DNA from: Octopus vulgaris
Taxonomy: Eukaryota
Length of the DNA stretch: 64,000 bases
NCBI GenBank assembly: GCA_951406725.2
Contig: OX597825.1
Coordinates: forward strand, 58,776,001-58,840,000
Reading direction: 5' to 3'
The notes beneath the pieces are model-generated. The model had not been told where the DNA came from, searched no databases, and saw only the letters and a list, made by a program, of their open reading frames with translations. Positions 1 through 11,411 of the stretch are shown here, piece after piece. The position numbers and the translations under genes are program-made. The number at the start of each line of letters is the position of its first letter. Position 1 is the stretch's first letter.

Positions 1-19
1 GGAATCAGAAGTTTATTTA

Positions 20-170
20 AAATAAAGCCCTTAACTAAGAGATGTATTCGTCTGTTTTTTTTAGCAGAAAGAGTCTTTCTTTTTGGGGGTTTTTTTTTGG
101 GGGGGGGGGGTCGTTTTCTCTTCTAGCCGTGTGCCACTGTTAAAAAAGAATATATCTATTGTTAAATGAA
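20..170 (+). pseudogene. Possible degenerate C-terminus of a Penelope-type GIY-YIG endonuclease
   Basis: Manual translation gives KPLTKRCIRLFFLAERVF ... LLAVCHC*KRIYLLLN, resembling the KCRLCLAER...SGCKQIYKYIL tail at 50805-51059. Homopolymer runs suggest poor sequence quality. Confidence 0.3.
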
Positions 171-630
171 GTTAAGTTGAATTCCTATGATTTCTTCTTC
201 AAGGAATTAGCCAATAGACTGAGAAATTTATTTGCGGTGTAGCGCGAGGACCAGCAGCAAAAGCCGGGAGGACGCCCGAGGGTGGGGGAGCCACCTAAAC
301 TTGAACATGTGCGGGCGGTGGAGGCGGGACCAGGAGAGGGGGAGGAGGTCGTGAAAGATTTTTGGTGGTCTGCGAGGGGAGTATCGAGGCGAGGGAGGAG
401 TGTCGGGACGGTGATAAGGGTGTTCTGGTGAGTGAGGAGGGATATGAGGTGCTCATGGTGTCATTGGTGGGCTGTGGTTATGTGACGCTCTGTCGCCCAT
501 GGTGGAATATGAAGATTTAAAAATGGAGATATAATTATGTACAATATAGAAAAAAAAAACACGATGATGAAAATGTGAACTTTTTGTTTTCAAATAAGGG
601 TGGGGAGAGGAGAGAGTGTCCAAAATCGTG

Positions 631-677
631 TGTAAATATAACCACTCGACTTTAGGGGTCGAGTGGTTATATTTACA
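631..677. repeat. Perfect 20-bp inverted repeat with 7-nt spacer
   Basis: tgtaaatataaccactcgac (631-650) / gtcgagtggttatatttaca (658-677). Confidence 0.95.
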
Positions 678-850
678 TTTTATCATTATTCATAATTTCA
701 TTCGTTTCTTTTATTTTTTCTTCTTTGCTCGATTTCTTTTTTGTATTTTTATTTCCCCGATTTTATGTTTTGCATTGTCTTTTGTGCTGTATAAACCTCT
801 ATATTTGGCCCCTTGTGGGTAATAAAAAAAAAATGAGGACGTTGGTGTTG

Positions 851-881
851 CCTTGGCGGAGGTTTGCGCTCTGTGAGTGCT
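851..881 (+). mobile_element. 3' end of a Helentron/HINE-like non-autonomous element
   Basis: ccttggcggagg followed by the short palindrome gcgctc-tgt-gagtgc, the subterminal-IR plus hairpin layout of HINE-type elements. The 5' partner was not seen. Confidence 0.45.
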
Positions 882-944
882 CTTGCTTTTTTTGTGTACA
901 TTGAGTTCTAACACCAGGTTATTAATATTGCTATACCTAAGCGA

Positions 945-945
945 A

Positions 946-1028
<83 letters not shown>

Positions 1029-1042
1029 CATACATACATACA
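945..1042. repeat. (TA)n then (TACA)n microsatellite
   Basis: Direct inspection. Confidence 0.98.
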
Positions 1043-1592
1043 TGGTGGCTGCCCCCTCGTTATCGAGTATGGCCATTGCACGAAGCTTAATCAATGTTGT
1101 TATCGTGCAATGCCTCTGCAAGAAGATATTTTTTTAAGTGAGGAAAGGCTGTGGACTGAGTCAACCCCACTCACTAAGCAACAGCAGCTATAATCCGAAA
1201 AGAAGAACAAGTCAACATCATCGGTAACCACTGAGCCGCAGGTTTTATGTCGGAGTTATCCCAGTTACTTGAGTTGCCTTCTAGAAGGATGCCCTGACAA
1301 AGGCTAGAAGTCCTTCACTCCCAATGGTTTAACTGCGCGATCGGGTATTCAATCCGATTATTTCTATGTCCCCGCGCATGATACAGCTTTAAGACATTTA
1401 TTGGATGGCCGTTGACTCTCAAGAGTTTCTCCGCCCTTTGATGGGTTTTGTTTTTCATCCCGCAGGGTGACCAATAAACACCCTCCTCACCAAGCGAGCT
1501 TGGTGGGGTTGACGGTTTAGTCGCCGACGACCCGACCATGCAACAGGTAGTACTGGGTTACATGTTACCAGTAGCACTCGAAAGTGACCTGA
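1043..1592 (-). mobile_element. Non-autonomous retroposon, probably RTE-derived (5'UTR-like part fused to a 3' tail ending in (TGTA)n)
   Basis: CpG-rich 550-bp insert between (TACA)n tracts with no coding similarity. The minus strand ends ...cgagggggcagccacc(atgt)n like an RTE 3' end and starts with a structured gctactggta...accca...gactaa segment. Confidence 0.5.
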
Positions 1593-1642
1593 CATACATA
1601 CATACATACATACATACATACATACATACATACATACATACA

Positions 1643-1810
1643 TCCAACACCAGAGCTGAAGACACCTTCGAAAGGGGGGGGCGCCACGTCAAAACGGTAG
1701 AGGAGTAGGGACCGAAATCAGACGTGGTTCCTCCTGATGATGTTTTGAGCTAACTGGATCCTGTAAAGGAGCTGTTGTGGTAGCAGACCACGAAACACGG
1801 TTTTAATTCC
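1643..1810 (+). mobile_element. Short 3' fragment of a retroelement inserted in (TACA)n, with a hammerhead-like motif
   Basis: GC-rich insert flanked by (TACA)n; CTGATGA at 1734 and CGAAAC at 1791. Confidence 0.45.
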
Positions 1811-2212
1811 ATACATACATACATACATACATACATACATACATACATACATACATACATACATACATACATACATACATACATACATACATACGTACAT
1901 ATGCAAAGATATTACTTACTGATAAAATACCTTCTTGGTTTTGATGATCTTTAATGTCAAATCAAGCTTATACTATGTCTGTGTTTCTCGTATGTTGTCA
2001 ACGTCAATATTAGCTATAAACTAATTTAAGTAAGTGAACTTAAATAATATAGTCGTTTGAGCTATTTTCTTCTCGCAAGTCCCTTGAAGCCACACCTAAT
2101 TTTTCTATATATTTGCATGTTATTTTTTAAAGAAACATTAATCCAATGACGTTGGATTTGTCAAGTTCGATGTATGAAATCTCACCTATTTGACGTCGTA
2201 TCTGTTCAAAAT

Positions 2213-2294
2213 TTTATCTGAAGACGGTGGATTGTATGTTATGACGTAATCTATGAATACATCTATAAAATTCGACTGAAACGGCTATCATAAA
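2213..2294 (+). ncRNA. Degenerate type I hammerhead-ribozyme-like motif
   Basis: tttat-CTGAAGA-cggtgga...ttcgact-GAAA-cggctat-c-ataaa. Stem I tttat/ataaa; stem III looks like a decayed acggccgt palindrome. Confidence 0.5.
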
Positions 2295-2487
2295 CACCAT
2301 TTGCATTCTCTTTTGATGCTTACGCCACGCCGAGAACAAACCCCACAGTGAGATGTATGATTCAACATAGTTACAGTATCCTACCAACACTTGATGCCTT
2401 CATTGTTGCTTACCTCACAGCGAACTTTATGTTATTGTACCTAGCCATTTCCGGCATCCTACGTGTTGACGTGCTAAGGTTCTATTG

Positions 2488-2795
<308 letters not shown>

Positions 2796-3597
2796 TAGAT
2801 ATATTTGTATATATCTATAATATATATGTATATATGTATGTAACTACCTCTGTCTATATCTTCATATATATATAATATATAACTTTGGAGCTTATAATTA
2901 TTAATTAGGCCATGAATGCATTATCATTATTACATTTGTGCATGCTTCAGTGTGTCTATTTACATGCATGTTTATTATATACAACACGATTGTATGACAG
3001 GACATTCCCGGAGATAAAGTTGTCTATAATAATTTAGGTTATCTGCTTTATTCACTGGCTGATCGATTGATCGATGTGATCGGCAGATGGTTAATGGAAA
3101 ATTTCTGATCACGTTCGTCTGAGTCCCCAAGCATGGCTATAAAATAGTGAACGAATGTATGTATATGTGTGCGTATGTGTGTGAGCGCATTTAAATCTAT
3201 GATGATAGATATCTGCCTGTACATGTATATTGATATATCAAGTATAAAGCTAGACACATATACGTTTAGGTCTATCGATTGAAACACACACGCATGCACT
3301 TGCGCGCGCACACATACACACATACGCACACAATATATGCATATATGTTTAAAGTACTTAAAGCAACGTAAGGTCAATATGCAATTGACTGTCGTAAAAA
3401 AGGGAAAGTAAATTGACCTAAAAAAAAATTAAAGGAAATTGCGTTAGAAACATGAAGTGACGAATATATATAATTTTTCATGTCAACAATTTATGTGACA
3501 TAATCAATGTATAGAATGTACATATATTTAATATAAGATGAAAACCATACATATATTTTTTATATAAAATGAAAATAATCAACAAACAAAGTAGCTA

Positions 3598-4066
3598 CAA
3601 TGATCCCTCGCTACTTCGCGGTTCAACTATCGCGGATTCACGACTTCGCGGATTTTAAAAATATATATATGATCGCTTAAAATTTTTCATTAAATCCATT
3701 AAAATATTAATAATAAATATTATTTCCTAGCCTAGGAACAACAAAACAAGTGTAAAATAGCAAAAAAGCATATACAGGGGTATTTGAACTTAAGACGGGC
3801 TGTGATTGGTGCAATGGAGAGAGACGACGAATTTTCTATTTTGTAATCTGGCCTGTGTAACAGTAACAATCTTTATTTTTTTAAAATCTAAAGTGTTATT
3901 GCTTAACAGTTGTCCTCGTTGTTGTTAATAGACCACTGTAATGGGTGGGTTGTTAACAGTATAGGGAGGGGTTTAAAAGTCCAATTACACGTTAAATAAA
4001 TACTGTAAACATGGTATCCCTACTTCGCGGAAATTCAGTTATCGCGGTCGGTCTCGGAACCAATCT
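3598..4066 (+). mobile_element. Tigger/pogo-like MITE, right end truncated by a SINE
   Basis: TA + caatgatccctcgctacttcgcgg start, with ttcgcgg/atcgcgg subterminal repeats at both ends. Confidence 0.7.
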
Positions 4067-4347
4067 ACTATAGCCTCGGGCCGACCAAAGCCTTGTGAGT
4101 GGATTTAATAGATGGAAACTGAAAGAAGCCCGTCGTGTATATGTATATATGTGTGTTTGTCCTCCCTCCAACATCGCTTGACAACCGATGCTAGTGTGTT
4201 TACGTCCCCGTAACTTAGCGGTTGGGCAAAAGAGACCGATAGAATAAGTACTCGGCTTACAAAGAATAAGTCTTGGGGTCGATTTGCTTGACTAAAGGCG
4301 GTGCTCCAGCATGGCCACAGTGAAATCACTGAAACATGTAAAAGAGA
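4067..4347 (+). mobile_element. tRNA-derived SINE family A (CORE-like, OR-type), 5'-truncated
   Basis: Near-identical to the 3' two-thirds of the copy at 23201-23605. Confidence 0.9.
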
Positions 4348-4610
4348 AATGTTTATCGCCACTTCAACATGGCTGCTCCGTAATCGACGTTACTACCGTT
4401 TTTAACCCCCAGGAGGACGCCTCCTCCTGCTGGTTATCAATGCAGACGATAACGTCGGTTTCTACGGAACAGCAGAAAAGTAATGAGATTCGTGAATAGT
4501 TTCCCCTTGCGCTCTCCAGCGTATGAATTTAGAGTTTGATGGTTCCATCAAACTCTATCAAATATACTTATACATGCACATACAAACACACAAGCAGGCA
4601 GGCAGACATA

Positions 4611-4822
<212 letters not shown>

Positions 4823-4823
4823 T

Positions 4824-5090
4824 GGAACCTCGGTTTACGAACAAATTTTCGACCATAAAATGTTGCAAGTGAGGTAACGAACACGCAAGCTGGCAACCAC
4901 ATTTGGCGATAAGCTGGGAATGTCAGCGGCAGAGCGTCAGTTGCTCTCTACCTTTCACTCAGTCTATATCCCTGCTCGAATTCGCCTTGCCTTCTTTTGA
5001 ATTTCCTATGGAAAAAATAGTTTCGGTTTACGAATATTTCAGGTGACAAATGGACTTCAGGAACGAATTAAATTCATGAATCGAGGTTCC
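4824..5090. mobile_element. Tigger-like MITE
   Basis: Imperfect TIRs ggaacctcggtttacgaa / ttcatgaatcgaggttcc. Confidence 0.65.
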
Positions 5091-5097
5091 TGTTTTT

Positions 5098-5489
5098 GGC
5101 GATCTTTCGTCTCTAGTAGACCTTTCCGTATATGGGCTTGCGGGAACTTTTGAAGTAATATACATACATATACACATACACCGAGTAAAAAATTTCAGTT
5201 ATCTCTTTCTTTCACACATTATTCTGTCTCTTCACACGCACTAACAGAAGCACTTCACTTACACAACATACTGTCTGTCTCCCACACCCCATCAAACACA
5301 CACACACGCACACACACACACATGTACATCAATGCTTCACATGCACAGTAACTTCAAAAGAACTTCCCTCGTCATACAATCGCTTTCTCTTAGTCTCTTT
5401 CGCTCTCAAAAGTTCCCGCAAGCCCATATGTAAAAAAAAAAAATTTTACGGAAATCGACGGAAAGGTCTACTAGAGACGAAAGATTGCC
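5098..5489. mobile_element. MITE with long TIRs and exact 8-bp TSD (Merlin-like)
   Basis: TIRs ggcgatctttcgtctctagtagacctttccgt / acggaaaggtctactagagacgaaagattgcc, inner IR atatgggcttgcgggaacttttga / tcaaaagttcccgcaagcccatat, and TSD ctgttttt at 5090-5097 and 5490-5497. Confidence 0.85.
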
Positions 5490-5570
5490 CTGTTTTTATA
5501 TATACTGGCAGGACCCGTGGAAATTCTCCGATATAAGTCAGCACTTTTGAAAACATTACTATATGGAACA

Positions 5571-5965
5571 AGACGGCGAGTTGGCAGAAACGTTAGCACG
5601 CCGGGCGAAATACTTAGCGGTATTTCGTCTGCCGCTACGTTCTGAGTTGAAATTCCGCCGAGGTCGACTTTGCCTTTCATCCTTTCGGGGTCGATTAAAT
5701 AAGTACCAGTTACGCACTGGGGTCGATATAATCGACTTAATCCGCTTGTCTGTCCTCTCTGTGTTTAGCCTCTTGTGGGTAGTAAAGAAATAGGTATTTC
5801 GTCTGCCGCTACCTTCTGAGTGCAAATTCCGCCGAGGTCGACTTTGCCTTTCATCCTTTCAGGGTCGATAAATTAAGTACCTGTTGCGTACTGAGGTCGA
5901 GCCAATCGACTGGTCCCCTTCTCAAAAATTTCGGGCCTTGTGCCTAGAGTAAAAAAGTATATTAA
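5571..5965 (+). mobile_element. tRNA-derived SINE family B (Nin-domain-like), internally dimeric
   Basis: A-box-like tggcagaaacgttag; the core gactttgcctttcatcctttcggggtcgat occurs twice; TSD tatatggaaca at 5560-5570 and 5966-5976. Confidence 0.9.
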
Positions 5966-6039
5966 TATATGGAACACAAGCAAGGATCATAGTCCATATT
6001 TTAGAAAGAAATGTTTTGATTGAGCAGGAGATACTAAGT

Positions 6040-6281
6040 GGAGGCGCGTGGCTTAGTGGTTAGGGTGTTGAACTCATAATCGTAAGATTGTGGTTTCGAT
6101 TTCTGGACCGGGTGACGCGTTGTGCAAACACTTCATTTCACGTTGCTCCAGTTCACTCAACTAGCGAAAATAAGTAACGCTGCGATGGACTGGCGTCCCG
6201 TCCACCTGGGGAACACATACGTCATAGAAACCGGGCCCATGAGCCTGGCTAGGCTTTAAAAAGGGCGCATTTATTTTATTT
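6040..6281 (+). mobile_element. tRNA-derived SINE family C
   Basis: A box gtggcttagtgg, B-box-like ggtttcgatttc, AT-rich tail; relatives at 18120-18410 (-) and 29663-30542 (+). Confidence 0.85.
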
Positions 6282-7040
6282 TAGGTGATAATAAATTGCA
6301 TTAAAGCTCATGCGTAAAGTGAAGGAGTTTTTAAAAATAAAAAAATAAAAATCTGGAAATAAACATGTTTGTTGTTCAACCACCGAGAATATTTACATTT
6401 CTTTCCAGCTCACTTCAGTTCAGCGATCTATCTATTTGTGTATCTATTAATATATCGCTCTATTTGCATAAGGCCAACCTACATGCTTACCTGCATGCCC
6501 ACCCGTCCGTCCGTCCGTCAGTTTGTCTAAGTAACTATCATATCTACTTTCCCTACTGGCAATGTGTGTATCCGTTTATTTTCAAAAGCATTTAAACTTA
6601 ACCAAAAAGCAAATAACAGTGTTACCCCAGCGTGGCCACAAGTTTTAGTCTAGAACACGTAAAAGATAAAAGTGTAACTTTCACAGCTATTTGCTAAGTT
6701 AATTTCACTTTAATTTAACTCTATCGATATATCAATATAAGCGTAAAGTTATATATATATATATCGATATAAGCGTAAAGATCTTCATGACATTGTTCCA
6801 TTTTGTTAAACATTTCGATCGTGCCTGCATTTGTTACGGACAAATGAAGAAACTTTCTACCTCCCCTTCTTTCTCTAATATAAACCTTTTTTCTCTCCCC
6901 TCCCCCTCTCTCTCTCTGATTCTCTGTCTGTCCGTCTCTCTTTCTCTCGTATATTTTCGTTGATTCGACTATTACCTTCTGGTTCTTTCATTGTTTCGTT
7001 CTTTTTTCTCCCCAACCTCTCTCTTTCTATCTGCCTGTCC

Positions 7041-7085
<45 letters not shown>

Positions 7086-7216
7086 TTTTTCGCTGAAATA
7101 TATATATATATATATATTTCTCCATTCGAGTTATAACTTTTCTTGATGTCGTAAGTGTAACATAACAGAGAAAGCCCGATAGAATCAAGCAGAATAATAT
7201 TATCATTATTATATAT

Positions 7217-7600
7217 ACCAGCAGAAAAACCGTTTTCTGCTAGCCCCTTGATAATATTTTCACATTTGATTCCCATTTCTAATAATTTTTATATTTCATG
7301 TCTAATTATTTCTTTGTATAATATTGCTCACTTACTTAGTAAATATTGCTTTCATTATTTTATCACAGTCATAATTTCTCAGTTTTTAAACAAACATCAC
7401 GGTAGTCCAACAACAGAGGGAGAAGCAGTTTGTCAAGTTTTACCTTCCCCTCAAAGCAACATAGAGATTTCAATTCAGCAGCCCATCTGTAAGCTTTGCA
7501 GTGTGTGTGTGAGAGAGAGAACATTGCAAACAATGAACGAAATAAATATGAAATGAAAAAATCGTATAAATAAAAAGGCGTTACTACAGATGTATACACC
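7217..7600 (+). repeat. Dispersed repeat, copy 1 (possible Helentron-like element)
   Basis: Shares gttttctgctagcc.cttgataatattttcacatt and gagagaacattgcaaacaatgaa blocks with 9253-9725. Confidence 0.6.
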
Positions 7601-8384
7601 CCAAACTTAGTTGCCTTATAACATCCAGAGAAATGAATACGTTTTAACAAAATTTTCTACAAATACTGCTTAGATGTTGCGGCTTCAGAGTATGTAGGAA
7701 TGTATGGGAAAGAATTTTTGTGATGGGGTGGAGAGAGGAGTTTCAGAAAATTCACACGATTTAACTTTTTTCCCTCATTACTTTCAGGAAGATGGGTATC
7801 TTTTAATGAAAATTTATACAAATCCCTTTCAAACGGCACAGATTACGACAATGAAGAAATTTGTGAGGAAAAGTTTTCGGGGATTCTCCCCATTTTTTAA
7901 AAGACCACAGCCTTCGAAATGATGCAGTTGGTGGGGGAGGGCATCTTTGTATGAAAAAAGTTTTTAAAACTCTTTTTTCTTTAACACCCCTTCCTCTTCA
8001 TCCCATTCTGGACCTATTTTGGCCATTTTTTTTTTATACTTCAAAACCATAGGGGGAGCATTTTCAGTAAAAAAAATATTAAAAAAAGTTAATATTTTCA
8101 GAGGATAAAGTGATTTAAGGGCGATTTGGCTGTTGTTTCTAGCACATCCAAAGACAACCCTCCCTGTTTCTTTATCACTCGCGCATGTATTAATGTTTTT
8201 CAACATTCCACCTCCCCCCCATAAATACATTTATATGCCATAAAAAAGAAAATTTGAGAAATTATAAATTTTTTGCAATCCCACATCCTACCCCCGAATG
8301 TTTCTGTTTAGAAATTAAAATATTGGAGAGTCTGAGAAGGTCATTGCTGGCATTTATCCACAGTAATTTTTTTTAAATTATGGA

Positions 8385-8613
8385 GATGTATTTGTATAGC
8401 AAGTGACTTGATCTGAGATTGTGTGCTGAAACAAAAACAATTGCTGCGTGGAAGATGTTTGTAAACCATTCAAAAATACACAAATACCGTTAGCTTCACT
8501 TCGACATTAAAACATCGTTTGTATCAAAATATTTTCGTCGCTTTGAAACTGCGACCTGTTCACTGACAAAACTTCACAAAAGTGATGCAGCACGAAGTTT
8601 TGTCAGTGAACAG
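8385..8613 (+). repeat. Dispersed repeat ending in a perfect 20-bp inverted repeat; second copy at about 9862-10005
   Basis: ctgttcactgacaaaacttc (8556-8575) / gaagttttgtcagtgaacag (8594-8613). caaaatattttcgtcgctttga..gcgacctgttcactg is shared with about 9951-9991. Confidence 0.8.
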
Positions 8614-9252
8614 CACGCACACACGCGCGCGACTGCACACACACATACACGCACGCACATACACACACACACATACACGCACGCACATACACACACACAC
8701 ATTCATTGCCCTTTATTTGTATGTATGTGTATTTATGTGTGTGTGCAAGTGTGCATTTGTGTGTATGTGTGACTGTTGAAGTTGCATTTGGAAACTGAAT
8801 AAGATGTAAGTTTCGAATACTTCTCCTCGTCTTCTAATAGTTATTACTCAACTTTCTTGGCTTTTCTCACAGCTATCCCACGTTCAAAAATTATACGGGT
8901 ATTCTTTTAAAAATTTTATTCAATAAATAATGTTTTTACACTACATATACATTACTAACGAATTAAAACTTAAATGAGAAAGTGAGAGACTTTGCAAATG
9001 AAAATGGAATACTCCGCAGCGAATGCAATGGATATTTAAATTTGTGATGAATTGGACACAATGAATATTAAAATTTGCAAGAAATTGGAGTTTAAAAATT
9101 CACTAAACTTGAGAAATCGAAATTATAGGAAATTTCTTAGAAATATTTCCAGACGGTCAACACTTTAATAAACACTTTAATACTTTCTTTTAGTACTTTT
9201 AGTAATTGTTATATACCTAACTAATAAGCAGCTTTCTCCATTATGCTATAGA

Positions 9253-9725
9253 TTAGCAGAAAGACCGCCCCCCGGGCGGTTTTCTGCTAGCCACTTGATA
9301 ATATTTTCACATTCTTTTGGATACCCCTTGTTGAATTGCAAAATTCTAATGTGATATTTGTGTAATAACGAAATCAAACCTGGCGTGCGTGTATATATTA
9401 CAGAGACAATGTGTGAGTTTATATAAGAGAGACAGTGTTTTTGTGCGTGAGAGAGTGGGGAAGAGAGAACATTGCAAACAATGAATGAAATAAACATGAA
9501 ATGATAAAATCGTATGGGTAAAAGCTTGTTAAAAACTATCTTGTCCTGAATATTTAAATTTGTGAACTTGAAATATTCAATAATAAAAGGAAGTTCAGAA
9601 AGTAAATTTTCCTGAAAACTTCAATTTATAAAAAATCTCACTTGCTTAGTAAATATTTCTGTCTGTAATTTATCGTAGTTGGCATATATCTCTAATTTAA
9701 ACAAACTTCAAGGGTAACCCAACTA
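9253..9725 (+). repeat. Dispersed repeat, copy 2, starting with a GC-rich hairpin
   Basis: tagcagaaagaccgccc-ccc-gggcggttttctgcta hairpin; homologous to 7217-7600. Confidence 0.6.
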
Positions 9726-10215
9726 CGTTTAGCGTCCTAGAAATAAAAGCGATCACATAGTTATTATTGAAAGGCTTATAGTGTTCCAAACAGCCATACC
9801 AACAAAATCGCTTCTTAATTTTTTTTAATTATACCGTATGTTAAGAAAATTTCATTTTATCAAACAATTGCAGCGTAGAAGGTGTTTATAAGCCATTTAA
9901 GAAACACACTAAAACTGTTAGATTCACTTCAACATTTAAATTCAAATTGCCAAAATATTTTCGTCGCTTTGAGACCGCGACCTGTTCACTGGCAAATGCA
10001 GCACGGAATATATATATTTATGCGCACGCTCGTGTATGTGTCTACACTGGAAAATCCTAAAGACAATTTAATAGAACTTAACACCCATTTCAAACTCTCC
10101 AGCCAGGTCAATGATATGATGTATGAAGTCAAAATATCATAGGTCACCTTCAACAGTGTACAAGTGCCAAAAGGTGATTTTCAATACAAATAGCTGTTAC
10201 TGTTGCAGTTAATGT

Positions 10216-10218
<3 letters not shown>

Positions 10219-10270
<52 letters not shown>

Positions 10271-10514
10271 CTGTATGGTTGTGTGTGTGTGTGGCTATGT
10301 GCTAAGAAATTTGCTTCCTAACAATATAGCTCTGGGTTCAGAGCCACTTCATAGCACCTTAGGCAAGTGTCTTCTACTACAAGTTCGGGTCGACCAAAGC
10401 CTTATAGTAGAAGACTTACCTGAGGTTCCATGAAGTGGCTCTGAACCCAGAACCATATTGTTAGGAAGCAAACTTCTTACAACACAGCCACCCACACACA
10501 CACACACACACACA
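10219..10514. repeat. Inverted duplication of a SINE A head with flanking (TG)n/(CA)n
   Basis: About 10291-10379 is reverse-complementary to about 10413-10491. Confidence 0.9.
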
Positions 10515-11017
10515 GAATGCATTAACAGCAACAGTAATAATCGTTTGTATTGCGATGCACCGAATGACACTTGCACACTGTACAAGATGACCTATGATAT
10601 TTTGACTTGCGTACATCATATCATTGACCCGGTTGGAGAGTTTGAAACGGGGTTAAGTTCTATTAGATTGTCTCTAAGATTTCCCAGCGTAGTCATCGAA
10701 CCACTTACCTGTATCTATAGGAAACATTCAAACATTGCTTAACGTAAACAATAAAACCCGTCAGCAAGATCGATTTATCTATCAGATTTTTTTCTCTCTT
10801 TCACTATTGCCATGCTAAGCAATTGTCGTTCAAGTTGTTACTTAGCAATCAAACAGAACTTCCTTTCCAGAAGGGACAATATTCTCTTATTGTTGCTTGT
10901 ACTATTGTTCCTGCTATGGTTGTTATATTATTATTAGTAATAATAGTAGAACTATTGTTGTTACCGTTGTCGATTATATTATTACTACTACTACTCAGGT
11001 GGCGAGCTGTCAGAATT

Positions 11018-11195
11018 GTTGGTATGCCAGGCAAAATACTTAGCAGCACTTCGTCCTCTCTACGTTCTGAATTCAAATTCCACCGATATCAATTTTGCCT
11101 TTCATCCTTTCGAGGTCGATAAATTAAGTACCAGTGAAACACTGGGGTCAATATAATTGACTAGTCTCCTCCTTGTACCTTTAGTAGAAAGGATT
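11018..11195 (+). mobile_element. SINE family B, diverged
   Basis: ttttgcctttcatcctttcgaggtcgataaattaagtaccag core. Confidence 0.85.
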
Positions 11196-11228
11196 ATACT
11201 ACTACTACTTCTAAGATTCTCTTCTCTA

Positions 11229-11411
11229 CAGGGGTTGGACAAAATAATGGAAACACTTTAAAATTTCAAACAAATTTATTTTGATATGGGGTAGGACTAT
11301 CTTTGGCAGTAATTACAGCTTGAATTCTACGAGATATGGACTCGTACAAAGTTTGAATTGTTTCCAAAGGAATTTTTGTCCATTCTCCAGTTCTTGTAGT
11401 GATGATGGTGC
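11229..11411 (-). mobile_element. Tc1-like transposon end with transposase C-terminus
   Basis: TA + caggggttggacaaaataatggaaacac TIR; the minus strand encodes ETIQTLYESISRRIQAVITAKDSPTPY, a Tc1-type C-terminal motif. Confidence 0.85.

Noticed and set aside
651-657. TTTAGGG telomere-like unit in the hairpin loop
   Set aside because: Single unit, expected by chance.
6040-6115. tRNA genes at SINE heads
   Set aside because: A/B boxes are present but there is no complete cloverleaf, and they continue into SINE bodies.
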